Below are positions 31,291 to 40,498 of a stretch of 64,000 nt of DNA, piece by piece. The notes under the pieces are model-generated. The model was not told the origin of the DNA, did not search any database, and saw only the letters and a program-made list of their open reading frames with translations. The stretch comes from an uncultured Verrucomicrobiae bacterium. Lineage in GTDB: Bacteria > Verrucomicrobiota > Verrucomicrobiia > Chthoniobacterales > Terrimicrobiaceae. Location of the stretch: the NCBI GenBank assembly GCA_963816855.1, contig CAWFMA010000024.1:42198-106197 (forward strand), written 5' to 3'. A program made the position numbers and the translations under genes. The first letter of the stretch is position 1; every line of letters begins with the position of its first letter.

Positions 31291-32360
31291 TCTCCGATCC
31301 CCAGGGCTTGTCGGAACTTGTCGCAAGGCTTGCTCCCCTTCCGCGTATTGCCCTGGATACCGAGGCGGACAGCCTTCACAGTTATTTCGAGAAGCTCTGC
31401 CTCCTCCAGATCAGCACCGCGCAAGAAGATATCTTGATCGACCCGCTGGTCGGGTTTTCGCTCCAGCCTCTGTACGAGACTCTCGCCCACCGACAGCTCG
31501 TTCTGCACGGCGCGGATTACGATTTGCGGATGTTGCAGCGCGGAAGCCGGTTCGCGGCCACCAATATTTTCGACACCATGATCGCCGCGCGGCTTTGCGG
31601 CTATCGGGAACTCGGTCTGGCCGCGCTGGTGGCCAGGCACTTTGGCGTGAAGCTTTCCAAGGCTTCGCAGAAAGCAAACTGGGCGTTGCGCCCGCTTTCG
31701 AACCAGATGATCGAGTACGCCATCAACGACACCAAATATCTTCTTCCTCTGGCGGAAATTATTGAAGCGGAGCTGCGGCGCCTGAATCGGGAACAGTGGT
31801 TCGCCGAATCGTGTCAAAGGATGATCGCCGCCGCGCGCGAGCCGCGCGGGCGGGACGAGAGCAAAGCCTGGCGCATTCCTGGCAGCGCGGCCCTTTCTTC
31901 CAGAGCGCAGTCGGTATTGCGGGTCCTTTGGTACTGGCGCGACGCTGAGGCTCGCGCCTGGGACCGGCCTCCCTTCCACGTGATGAGCAACGAGGATATC
32001 GTGCGGATAGCGGAACGAGCGGTCAAAGGATCCGCTTTTTCGACCCCACGGATGAGTAGTCGCCGCCGGAAGAGCTTCGAGATCATTTTGGCTCTGGCTC
32101 TGCACATCCCTGAATCCGAATGGCCGACCCCGGTCAGGGGCGGCCGAAGGCGCCCCAGCCGCGAGCAGACAGAGCGCTTCGAGCATTTGAGATTCACCCG
32201 CGATAAGATCGCCGCCGAACTCGGACTCGATTCGTCCATTGTCGCGCCGCGCAGCGCTCTGGAAGCTGCCGCCGTCGATCCTCAGACTCCTCTGCTCATG
32301 CGTTGGCAAAGGCGTTTGCTTGATCTCGGCGCATCCAGCGAAGTGGTTCATGCCTCCTGA
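31287..32360 (+). CDS. rnd: ribonuclease D (DEDD 3'-5' exonuclease plus HRDC)
   Basis: IALDTEADSLHSYFEKLCLLQIST, ANWALRPL and YAINDTKYL are the exo motifs. Its TTG start overlaps the nuoC stop. Confidence 0.85.
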   Translation: MISDPQGLSELVARLAPLPRIALDTEADSLHSYFEKLCLLQISTAQEDILIDPLVGFSLQPLYETLAHRQLVLHGADYDLRMLQRGSRFAATNIFDTMIAARLCGYRELGLAALVARHFGVKLSKASQKANWALRPLSNQMIEYAINDTKYLLPLAEIIEAELRRLNREQWFAESCQRMIAAAREPRGRDESKAWRIPGSAALSSRAQSVLRVLWYWRDAEARAWDRPPFHVMSNEDIVRIAERAVKGSAFSTPRMSSRRRKSFEIILALALHIPESEWPTPVRGGRRRPSREQTERFEHLRFTRDKIAAELGLDSSIVAPRSALEAAAVDPQTPLLMRWQRRLLDLGASSEVVHAS

Positions 32361-33186
32361 GAGAGACGTTATCGCTTTGGCTCTGGCGGAGGACGTCGGC
32401 GAGGGCGATGTCACGACCCTGTATTTCACCGATCCGCATCGCCTGGTTGCAGCGCGGGTTATGGCCAAACAGGTTTGCGTCACCGCAGGCTTGGAAGTCG
32501 CCAGGGAGGTCTTCCGGAGAGTGGATGCCGAACTGGCGATTCAAATTTGCGCTGAAGACGGGGCGGAGTTGCAAGTCGGTGACGTCGCGATGACGGCGCG
32601 CGGGCGGGCGGCGTCCCTGCTGACCGCCGAACGCACTGCGCTGAATTTCCTTCAACGGCTTTCAGGAGTTGCCACTCTTGCGAGCAAGTTCGTAGCGGCC
32701 GTGCAAGGAACTCCGGCCAAAATCCTGGATACCCGCAAAACGACGCCCGGGATGCGCGCACTCGAGAAAGCCGCGGTGCTGGCTGCGGGCGCCAGGAATC
32801 ATCGAATCGGCTTGTACGATATGGTCATGGTGAAGGACAATCATCTCGCCGGGCCTTGGGCGTTGGAAGACTTGCAGGCTTCGATTTCGAAAGTGAAGTC
32901 GGAACGCCCGGGGATTCGCGTTGAACTCGAGGCCGACACGGTGGAACAAGTGCGTCAGTTCGTGGCTCTCGAGGGCGTGGACGTGATTCTACTGGACAAT
33001 ATGACCGTGCCCGAGTTGCGGGCTGCCGTTGCGCTTCGCAAGCCCGGGCTTTTCTTCGAGGCCAGCGGGGGTGTAACACTGAAAACGGTTCGCCAGATCG
33101 CCGAAACCGGCGTCGATTTTATCTCGGTCGGCGAGATGACCCACTCTGCGCCGGCTGTCGATTTCTCGCTTGAAATCGCGCCCTGA
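32350..33186 (+). CDS. nadC: nicotinate-nucleotide diphosphorylase (carboxylating)
   Basis: IALALAEDVGEGDVTT, ERTALNFLQRLSGVAT and DTRKTTPG. The internal ATG at 32350 overlaps the rnd end by 11 nt. Confidence 0.92.
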   Translation: MPPERDVIALALAEDVGEGDVTTLYFTDPHRLVAARVMAKQVCVTAGLEVAREVFRRVDAELAIQICAEDGAELQVGDVAMTARGRAASLLTAERTALNFLQRLSGVATLASKFVAAVQGTPAKILDTRKTTPGMRALEKAAVLAAGARNHRIGLYDMVMVKDNHLAGPWALEDLQASISKVKSERPGIRVELEADTVEQVRQFVALEGVDVILLDNMTVPELRAAVALRKPGLFFEASGGVTLKTVRQIAETGVDFISVGEMTHSAPAVDFSLEIAP

Positions 33187-33225
33187 CAGCTCTGCGAAGG
33201 CGGCGTACTTGCGGGCGCGGGAAAT

Positions 33226-34527
33226 ATGATAGATTCCCTCATGCTTCGGAAAATCAGCGCCATCGCTTTCATCGCCGCAGCCATAGGCGGCTTGCTCGCC
33301 CAGGAAGCGGAACAGACCCAGGAAATGGATCCGCAGTCCCCTTATGACAACGTCCAAGTCCTGGCGAGGGCCATGCAACTTATCCGCCAAGATTACGTGG
33401 ATGACGGGAAGGTCTCCTACCGCGACCTGACCTATAGCGCTCTGCGGGGCATGCTCGCCGAGCTCGATCCGCATAGCCAGTTCATGGAGCCTCGCGATTT
33501 CCGCGGGATGCAAGAGGACACCAGGAGCGAATTTGGAGGTTTGGGAGTTGTCGTCACGATGGAGGACGGCGCTCTAACGATCGTGAACCCTATGGAGGAC
33601 AGCCCGGGCTTTGAGGCGGGCCTCAAACCCGGCGATCGGATACTTCGCATCAACGGAACATCGACCGAAAAGCTAACTTTGATGCAAGCGGTGGACAAGC
33701 TGCGCGGTGAACCGGGAGAGAAAGTGACGCTGACAGTTCAGCGCCCTGCGACCAAGGAAATCAAAGATTACGAGCTGACCCGCGTCACCATCAAGGTCAA
33801 GAGTGTGAAAGACGCGCAAATCCTTCCGACTGCGGATCCCGACGACCTCAAGGTCGGATACGTTCGAGTTACCCAGTTCAACGAGCCGACCGCGGCGGAG
33901 CTGGCAAAAGTGCTCGACAAGTTGGAAAAAGACGGGATGCAGGCCCTCGTCCTGGATTTGCGCTACAACCCGGGTGGCTTGCTCAGCAGCGCAGTCGATG
34001 TCTGCGGGCTTTTTCTCCCCCAGAGCACTAAGGTCGTTTCCACCGAAGGCCGCCTGCCGGGCCGGGAATATCGGACAACGAACCGGGGCAAAACGCGCAC
34101 CTATCCCGTGGCCCTCCTTGTCAACTACGCCAGCGCCAGTGGGTCGGAAGTCGTCGCCGGTGCCCTCAAGGATTTGAAGCGGGCAATAGTTGTCGGCGAG
34201 ACCACCTTCGGAAAGGGATCGGTGCAGAGCGTTATTTCCCTCCCGGATGGGTCGGCGTTGCGCCTGACCACCGCCAAATACTTCACGCCTGGACGCCAGG
34301 TCATTCACCAGGTGGGAGTGACTCCGAACATTCGCATCGGACTCACCCAGCAGCAGGAGTTTGATCTGCTGGAGTCACGACGGGAACCCGACAGCGGTTC
34401 CGTCAGGAAGATCTCTACGGAGGGCGACCCGCAGCTGGCCAGGGCCGTGGATATCTTGCGCGGTACAGTTATTTTCGCCGAGCGGCATCAGACACCAAAG
34501 AAGACTCCGGCTGGAAAAACCTCTTGA
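33226..34527 (+). CDS. ctpA: carboxyl-terminal processing protease, S41A family
   Basis: PDZ region (GLKPGDRILRINGTST) and an S41 core (LVNYASASGSEVVAGALKD...TFGKGSVQ). Confidence 0.9.
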   Translation: MIDSLMLRKISAIAFIAAAIGGLLAQEAEQTQEMDPQSPYDNVQVLARAMQLIRQDYVDDGKVSYRDLTYSALRGMLAELDPHSQFMEPRDFRGMQEDTRSEFGGLGVVVTMEDGALTIVNPMEDSPGFEAGLKPGDRILRINGTSTEKLTLMQAVDKLRGEPGEKVTLTVQRPATKEIKDYELTRVTIKVKSVKDAQILPTADPDDLKVGYVRVTQFNEPTAAELAKVLDKLEKDGMQALVLDLRYNPGGLLSSAVDVCGLFLPQSTKVVSTEGRLPGREYRTTNRGKTRTYPVALLVNYASASGSEVVAGALKDLKRAIVVGETTFGKGSVQSVISLPDGSALRLTTAKYFTPGRQVIHQVGVTPNIRIGLTQQQEFDLLESRREPDSGSVRKISTEGDPQLARAVDILRGTVIFAERHQTPKKTPAGKTS

Positions 34528-35528
34528 GCCGAACTCTTCTGGCGATCGAGACGTCCTGCGATGACACGGCTGTCGCGATTCTGCGAGGATTCGGCGAGGT
34601 CCTTGGGTACCGAGTTTCGTCGCAATCCCAGATTCACGCGGCATACGGAGGAGTTGTTCCCGAAGTGGCTTCGAGAAACCATCTCGCCCTGCTCCCGGGC
34701 CTTGTCCGGGATGTCCTTCTGGAGGCGAATCTCTCGGTTGGTGAAATCGACGCCTTCGCGGCTACCACCGGACCTGGGCTTGCGGCGGCTCTTCTGGTCG
34801 GCGCTTCAGCGGCCAAGGGTCTGGCGCTTGGTGCCGGGCGTCCCTTTTTTGCCATCAATCATTTGGAAGGCCACGTGCTTTCTCCGTTTTTCGGCCAGAA
34901 CGAGATTCCCGGCCACACCGCTCTGATCGTCAGCGGGGGGCATACCCTCCTATTCGACGTCGAGGGCTACGGGCGCTATCGATTGCTTGGCCGCACGCTG
35001 GATGACGCTGCGGGGGAAGCATTCGACAAGGTCGCCAAGCTTCTCGGCCTCGGCTATCCCGGCGGTTCGGAAGTGGATCGATTGGCGCGCATGGGAAATC
35101 CGGGAAAATTCCACTTCCCGCGCAGCATGATCTCCTCCGGAGACTTCAACTTCAGCTTCAGTGGTCTGAAAACCTCGGTGAGATACTTCTTGGAGAAAGG
35201 ATTCGGCAGTCAGGACTTGCCGGATATTTGCGCCTCCTTCCAGGAGGCGGTCATCGATGTATTGATAGCGAAACTCGCTAAGGCCGCCGAAACGTGTGGC
35301 CGGTCGATGCTTGCGCTCAGTGGCGGAGTAAGCGCCAACGCGCGGCTTGCGGAGAGGGTCGCCAGACTTAGCAAGGCGGCAAGCCTTAAATGGAGGGTGC
35401 CGGCGTCGGAGTTGCGCACGGACAATGCCTTGATGATCGCTTATGCCGCTTCCCATCGCGGAGAGGAAAGCTCGCCGGTCGATCTCGACATTCATCCGAA
35501 CTTCAATGGCTCCTTGAACGCCGCCTGA
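34524..35528 (+). CDS. tsaD: tRNA N6-adenosine threonylcarbamoyltransferase
   Basis: LAIETSCDDTAVAI, INHLEGH and LIVSGGHT. Its TTG start overlaps the ctpA stop. Confidence 0.95.
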   Translation: MSRTLLAIETSCDDTAVAILRGFGEVLGYRVSSQSQIHAAYGGVVPEVASRNHLALLPGLVRDVLLEANLSVGEIDAFAATTGPGLAAALLVGASAAKGLALGAGRPFFAINHLEGHVLSPFFGQNEIPGHTALIVSGGHTLLFDVEGYGRYRLLGRTLDDAAGEAFDKVAKLLGLGYPGGSEVDRLARMGNPGKFHFPRSMISSGDFNFSFSGLKTSVRYFLEKGFGSQDLPDICASFQEAVIDVLIAKLAKAAETCGRSMLALSGGVSANARLAERVARLSKAASLKWRVPASELRTDNALMIAYAASHRGEESSPVDLDIHPNFNGSLNAA

Positions 35529-35573
35529 TCGCACAACGAATTGCTTTTTTCAATCCATGAGCCAATTTATCTC

Positions 35574-36026
35574 ATGAAATTCTCTCTTGGCTTTTGTCTT
35601 TCAGCATTGTTGATGCTTTGTGGCGGGTTCGCAGGCCTGCATGCCTCCGAACAATGGGAGACAAACTACGAGGCGGCGTTGGACCAGGCGGCGAAACAGG
35701 ACAAAATGGTGCTGCTTGACTTCACTGGTTCGGACTGGTGCGGGTGGTGTATTAAGCTCAGGAAGGACACCTTTTCCAAACCGGAGTTTCAGAAGTTTGC
35801 CGAGGAGAAGCTGGTGCTTGTGGAGCTGGATTTTCCGCGCGCCAAGGAGCAAAATCCCGACCTGAAAAAGCAGAACCAGGAGCTGGCCGAGAAATTTGGA
35901 ATCGAGGGCTTCCCGACGCTTGTTCTGGTGGACCCGAAAGGCACGGAGGTGACCCGTAACGTCGGCTATTTGGCGGGAGGCCCGGAAGGCTTTGCCAAGT
36001 GGGTTGAATCCGCGCGAAAGCCCTAG
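35574..36026 (+). CDS. secreted thioredoxin-like protein
   Basis: It has a signal peptide and LLDFTGSDWCGWCIKL (CxxC). Confidence 0.75.
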   Translation: MKFSLGFCLSALLMLCGGFAGLHASEQWETNYEAALDQAAKQDKMVLLDFTGSDWCGWCIKLRKDTFSKPEFQKFAEEKLVLVELDFPRAKEQNPDLKKQNQELAEKFGIEGFPTLVLVDPKGTEVTRNVGYLAGGPEGFAKWVESARKP

Positions 36027-36465
36027 CAGCTTTGCTGCTTCCGGGAACGTGAATGCGGAGCAGTCCTCGAAAAGGGTCGATGGAGCCTAAGGATTCGCAC
36101 CATCCGAGAAAATGCGCGTGGAAAGTGAGCGTATCCGGAGTCACTTGTCGGTATGTCTAACGGCAATCCAGAACGGGGTTGCGGATGAGCATTCCTGACG
36201 CCGCTGGCAATGGCGCGCACCTCGTGCCGAAAATGGACGACTCGACCTGGCCATGGGGATATCTGTGTCTTGAGCCGGGGTGGCTAAGGCGCTGCAGCTG
36301 ATCTCTGTCCAGGCGTTTCCAATGCATGTATAAAAGGGATGCCGAGAAGGTCTTCCACGAGACGAAGTTTTGCAGAGGTCACTCAAATGAAGGTCTCCAG
36401 CTTCCCGGAGCCAGCCCTGTCCAGGTAGCGTCCGCCCAAGCAAAATTGAAAACTACGAGCCTCGC

Positions 36466-37174
36466 ATGACCTTCGACGAGAGCGTCGCGCAGACTACAAC
36501 GCGCTGCGGGGAGACGAGACGGCGGCCGTCTTGTTCCTCGAGCAATTGGCTAAAGGGACTCCGGCTCTCGAGCTGGCGAACGGAACAGGCCGGATTGCGT
36601 TGCCCTTGGCCGCGAAAAGAATTCCGGTCGACGGCATCGATTTCTCCGCTTCCATGCTTGCCAAGCTGCGTGCCAAGCCGGGCGCCGATCAAATTGCAGT
36701 CACTTTGGGTGACTTCGCGGACGTCGACATCACGAAGTCCTACGGTTTGATCTACGTGGTCTACAACTCATTGTTCAATCTCCTTTCGCAGGACGGCCAG
36801 GTGCGTTGCTTCGCGAATGTCGCGAGTCACCTGTCGACCGCGGGCGTGTTTGTTGTCGAGGCTTTCGTGCCGTCCTACCTGCACCGGCTTCGCGGAGATC
36901 AATACGTGAACGCCGAGTCGGTGACGGTTGATATAGGATCTGCCTTGATGTGCTGCGACACGATGCTCCAAATCAAATTCTCGAAGAGAGCCATGTATCC
37001 ATTGGTCCGGCGGGGGTGAGCCTGCACCCGGTGGTTCAACGTTATGCGTGGCCGAGCGAATTGGATCCCATGGCTCGGCTCGCAGGCCTTCGTCTCTTGC
37101 AGCGTTGGGGAGGTTGGACTCGGGAGCCCTTCACTTCCTCGAGTCAGGCGCATATTTCCGTCTATGGACGCTAG
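36466..37174 (+). pseudogene. class I SAM-dependent methyltransferase, disrupted by two frameshifts
   Basis: The reading frame passes through three track ORFs. MTFDESVAQ (from 36466) continues as DYNALRGDETAAVLFLEQLAKGTPALELANGTG after a 1-nt shift near 36490. The C-terminus (ICLDVLRHD...QRYAWPSELDPMARLAGLRL...) lies in a third frame after a shift near 36930-36945. Confidence 0.75.
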
Positions 37175-37189
37175 AGCACGCTCGTTACG

Positions 37190-37735
37190 ATGCCCCGTTT
37201 TGTAGCTCTCTTGCGGGGTGTCAATGTGGGCAAGGCCAAGCGTGTTCCCATGGTTCAACTGCGCGCGTGGCTTGCCGAGCTTGGCTACAGCGGTGTGGCT
37301 ACCCTTCTCAATAGCGGGAATGCCGTGTTCCAGGCTTCCGAAAAGTCGCCCGCAAAGCACGCCGCGGACATAGCCGCCACGATTGCCGCTCGGCTGAAAA
37401 CGGACGTGCGGGTGATCGTCAAGTCTGCAAACGAATTGGAGAGCATCGTAGCCGACAGCCCGCTGACGCCGGCAGCGGAGGAGCACTCCCGCCTTCTGGT
37501 CGCATTCGTCCAGGATCCCGAATCGTTGTCCAGTCTCGCAGTCATCGAGGCGCTCGTCGTGCCTCCCGAACGGTTCGCCCTTGGCAAGAATGCGGCTTAT
37601 CTCCTCTGCGCCTCCGGCATACTCGAGAGCAAAGCCGGCGAGGCGCTGCTCGGCGGGGCCGGTGGAGCAGCCACTACAAGAAACTGGGCAACCGTGCTGA
37701 AGCTTCGAGCTCTCGCACGCAAGCCGGACGCCTGA
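37190..37735 (+). CDS. DUF1697 domain-containing protein
   Basis: The MPRFVALLRGVNVGKAKRVPMVQLRAWLAELGY N-terminus is characteristic of DUF1697. Confidence 0.8.
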   Translation: MPRFVALLRGVNVGKAKRVPMVQLRAWLAELGYSGVATLLNSGNAVFQASEKSPAKHAADIAATIAARLKTDVRVIVKSANELESIVADSPLTPAAEEHSRLLVAFVQDPESLSSLAVIEALVVPPERFALGKNAAYLLCASGILESKAGEALLGGAGGAATTRNWATVLKLRALARKPDA

Positions 37736-38104
37736 TCCGATTAGCTGGCCGCCGGTCTAGCGCCGGTCGGCCAGTGGCACCAAAAGAGTGAGGGTGATCT
37801 TGCCAAGAATGATTCTTGGACTCCTGTGTTGCGCATCTCTAGAACGGCCTCGAAAACAAGCAAGAGCCCCTAAAGACTTGGCGAAGGACCGATCACGATT
37901 CGAATCGTGTGTTGCTCCAGGCATCTGCAACTACGGAAACGCGCGAACGCCTGTTGTGGTTCGCAAAATCGACGTCCCCCTTTTTTGGCGATGACTGATG
38001 ACTAGTCTGAATAGGGGGGAGTTCAGGGCATCCAGTTCTCTGCCCGCTTTTCTGCCATTTGATTTCTTGGAGCTTTTTGGTAATGAAGTACCGAAAGTCT
38101 GTCC

Positions 38105-38143
38105 GGGTGCATAGCTCAGTAGGTAGAGCGTCTCGTTTCGCAA
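38105..38143 (+). pseudogene. tRNA-Ala 5'-half fragment (acceptor 5' strand, D-arm, anticodon stem/loop; no T-arm)
   Basis: GGGTGCATAGCTCAGTAGGTAGAGCGTCTCGTTTCGCAA aligns with the first 38 nt of the intact tRNA-Ala at 55612, with about 34 identical positions plus one extra T. Homology ends after the anticodon loop. Confidence 0.6.
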
Positions 38144-38202
38144 AAAGTCGTGCGATTGTAAGCTTCAAAAGGCCTTACGTGGACAAAGCGCTACAAGTCC
38201 GT

Positions 38203-38433
38203 CTAATTGACGTGGTTTAAATAAGGCCGCTCGAACGCACCAGGACCTAAACGGCCCGGATCTTCGATGTCGGTATAAACCTGAGTGTAGACCTGGTATG
38301 CAGTGGTTGTGTCCCAATCAGCCAAATTCCCTCTATCGATATGCGCCGGACTAGAAAAAAGGACGCGCATGATTTCAGCAGTCCTTCTCCAGACGCAATT
38401 GCTTATCATGTAAACCATCCTATTGGTAGCCAT
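38203..38433 (-). CDS. hypothetical protein (weak call)
   Basis: 76-aa ORF with a stop 4 codons upstream of its ATG and no recognisable motif. Its 5' end overlaps the divergent ORF at 38423. Confidence 0.2.
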   Translation of the reverse strand: MATNRMVYMISNCVWRRTAEIMRVLFSSPAHIDRGNLADWDTTTAYQVYTQVYTDIEDPGRLGPGAFERPYLNHVN

Positions 38434-38689
38434 GGAGAATTTTGTTTATCTTCCCGACAGCAATGCCTTGCTCAATGTGAGCCTTGTGTCCCTTGTGCGC
38501 TTTTCGGGGGCCGCCGCCTCTCCGACATGCGTTGTCCACCTTGGCTGTGGAACTACGTCTATTGAATTGCGGGGCGGCGATATCGCTCGGCTTTTGGAGT
38601 TACTCCAGGTAGATTTTCACGCCGTGCAAGTGCATCTCCAGAGGGCTCATTCTGTGGATTCCCGCACTTCTCCGAAAGGAGAATCGTAG
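38423..38689 (+). CDS. hypothetical protein (weak call)
   Basis: 88-aa ORF (MENFVYLPDSNALLNVSLVSLVRF...) with no recognisable motif. Confidence 0.25.
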   Translation: MVAMENFVYLPDSNALLNVSLVSLVRFSGAAASPTCVVHLGCGTTSIELRGGDIARLLELLQVDFHAVQVHLQRAHSVDSRTSPKGES

Positions 38690-38899
38690 CCTCCTTTAAT
38701 CCTTGTTCATTGCCGCAGAGGACGGCAATCGCTTTTCTACTGTTGGAGTCCGTCGCGCACCGACCCGTATTGCGGCTGCGGAACTGTAAAACGCGCTCCG
38801 GTACCTCATTTTCCTCGAAAGGCTTCTGCCCATCGGCTCTCCCAAAGATAGCGCACCCAAGCCGCTCATCCGCTCATCGGCAGTCCTATTCAAACTGCT

Positions 38900-39358
38900 T
38901 TAGCCGATCAACAGCTCCCTTAGCGAAGCCCGGCCATTTCCACTGATGTTGGGAACGATCCTCAACTCGACGCCGATGGCGTCTTTCGCAGAAACGTTAA
39001 ATTCTTCACGCTCAATTGTGGCATTCGGCGGACTGAAATTGAATTGCTGGCGTACGATTTCACGCAATTCCGAGTTGTTTGAAGAGCGCCACGAAAGGGC
39101 GAACTCCTGCGTTCGGGAATGGTGTTTTTCTTCAAAAAGGACAACAATTCGAGAGATGGTCTGCGGCGAATCAAAAGTGATCCGGATTGTCTGCGGGCCG
39201 TCTTCCGCGGCGCGCCAGCTTCCCTCATCTGGCTTTAGCGCGTTATCAATTGGGTGCTCAGCATCTTCCGAGCTGATCTCGAAGCGCGCTAGACCTGCCA
39301 GGTCGAGCCATTGCCCCTTCTGAGCAGTGGGCTCTTGAAGGATTTGTTTTCGTAACAT
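38900..39358 (-). CDS. hypothetical protein, possibly a galactose-binding-domain-like (discoidin-like) beta-sandwich
   Basis: 152 aa with an ATG start. The pattern W..A.DGPQTIRITFDSPQTISRIVVLFEE...QEFALSWRS...ELRIVPNISG resembles small jelly-roll carbohydrate-binding modules. The family assignment is inference. Confidence 0.5.
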   Translation of the reverse strand: MLRKQILQEPTAQKGQWLDLAGLARFEISSEDAEHPIDNALKPDEGSWRAAEDGPQTIRITFDSPQTISRIVVLFEEKHHSRTQEFALSWRSSNNSELREIVRQQFNFSPPNATIEREEFNVSAKDAIGVELRIVPNISGNGRASLRELLIG

Positions 39359-39436
39359 GCTATGATTCTTTGCTCATCTCCGCGGCGATACGATAGGAAT
39401 CCCGCCTGTTGGAGGATGCGAGAGTGTTCGTGCCTC

Positions 39437-39613
39437 TTATTCGATCCTCCGGTATCTCGGGGAGTTTTCGTAGCGGTCGATCCCGGCCTTTGCAGGCATC
39501 GAAAATTCGATCGAAACCATGCGACGCAAGAGCCGCTTGAGCCTCTGCCTGCTGTTCTCTTGAAACTCGACCGTTCCGTTTTTGTTAATAGGAGTCGTGC
39601 TAAGTGAGGGCAT
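39437..39613 (-). CDS. 58-aa ORF below the track cutoff (hypothetical)
   Basis: Hand translation of the minus strand gives MPSLSTTPINKNGTVEFQENSRQRLKRLLRRMVSIEFSMPAKAGIDRYENSPRYRRIE then TAA. It lies between the response regulator and the 152-aa ORF on the same strand. Confidence 0.25.
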   Translation of the reverse strand: MPSLSTTPINKNGTVEFQENSRQRLKRLLRRMVSIEFSMPAKAGIDRYENSPRYRRIE

Positions 39614-39783
39614 CGTGTTGCGGATGTCTTCAGTTTATTCGCACCGTATTGATTCGCCGTATATGGGGTCTTCACCCCATGCGGTCCTCCTTTGGTTGCG
39701 AGCGAGCCGCCCCCAACGCCATGACGTTTTAACCCTGCTTTTGCCTCCCCGGTGCAGCACTCTCCGATAAGGCAGGCGAAAGG

Positions 39784-40497
39784 CTAATCTTTTAACGTGT
39801 GCTTCAAAGAACGATGTCGATCATTCGTCGTCGGCTGAACGCTGCTTTCAATAACTCCCGCGGCGATCGCGTAACGAGTAAGACCCGCAATGTCGTGGAT
39901 GCTCAGCTTCTGCATGAGATGCTGGCGATGCTTTTCCACGGTCTTGATACTAATCCCCAGTTCGGAGGCGATTTGTTTGTTGGCTTTACCCTCGGCAATC
40001 AATTGAAGCACTCCTTCTTCGCGGGAAGTCAGGCATACGTCTTTCCGCTTTCGCAGAACGGCGGTGTGAGGTGTGTTCTGATAGTTCTCGCGAAGGTACT
40101 TGGAGATCGATGGGCTGAAAAAACTCTTTCCCTTGTGCACCTCGCGAATGGCTTCGACGAGAATGTCGGCTGAGGTTTGCTTAATCAAATATCCCGCTCC
40201 GCCAAGCAAGACGACCTGCTCAACGTACTCGGGATCGGCATGGGCCGAAAGAATGAGCACCCTCGTTGCGGGCGCTATTTTACGGATCTGCCGAGTCGCT
40301 TGAAGGCCATTCAGCAGCGGCATGGCGATGTCCATGACGACCACGTTGGGATGCAGCTGCATCGTCATGTTAACCGCTTCGCGTCCGGTCTTTGCCTCCC
40401 CAACAACCGCGATGTCCCCTTCGGTCTCCACGAGAATTCGCAAGCCTTCACGGACGACGATGTGATCATCGGCCAGGAGAACGGTAATCTTTTTCAT
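39784..40497 (-). CDS. NarL/LuxR family two-component response regulator
   Basis: MKKITVLLADDHIVVREGL receiver domain with VVMDIAMP, and a C-terminal LuxR HTH (LTSREEGVLQLIAEGKANKQIASELGISIKTVEKHR). The ATG at 40497 lies 1 nt after the kinase stop. Confidence 0.92.
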   Translation of the reverse strand: MKKITVLLADDHIVVREGLRILVETEGDIAVVGEAKTGREAVNMTMQLHPNVVVMDIAMPLLNGLQATRQIRKIAPATRVLILSAHADPEYVEQVVLLGGAGYLIKQTSADILVEAIREVHKGKSFFSPSISKYLRENYQNTPHTAVLRKRKDVCLTSREEGVLQLIAEGKANKQIASELGISIKTVEKHRQHLMQKLSIHDIAGLTRYAIAAGVIESSVQPTTNDRHRSLKHTLKD

Positions 40498-40498
40498 A

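Noticed and set aside
31020-32483. A 487-aa minus-strand ORF, and similar long ORFs at 22181-23509 (-), 17899-19080 (-), 41711-42700 (+), 46788-47942 (+), 57147-58451 (+) and 62633-63922 (-).
   Set aside because: Each lies antisense to a gene with clear motifs (rnd, dnaE, prc, the kinase, the GT, tolC, tolB/pal). Their translations are Arg/Pro/Gly/Ser-rich with no motifs. These are typical shadow ORFs of GC-rich DNA.
36027-36465. A gene-free 440-nt stretch with a 100-aa minus-strand ORF (36141-36443), considered as a possible transposase remnant or ncRNA.
   Set aside because: I found no recognisable protein motif in any frame and no conserved RNA signature. It is probably eroded sequence at the island border.
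37880-37920. The palindrome CACGATTCGAATCGTG followed by GTTGCTCCA, which looks like a tRNA T-arm plus acceptor end (a possible 3'-half att remnant).
   Set aside because: The loop would be 6 nt rather than 7. No convincing anticodon or D arm lies upstream, and no complementary acceptor strand is present. The resemblance to GGTTCGAATCC may be coincidental, though it is worth a covariance-model check.
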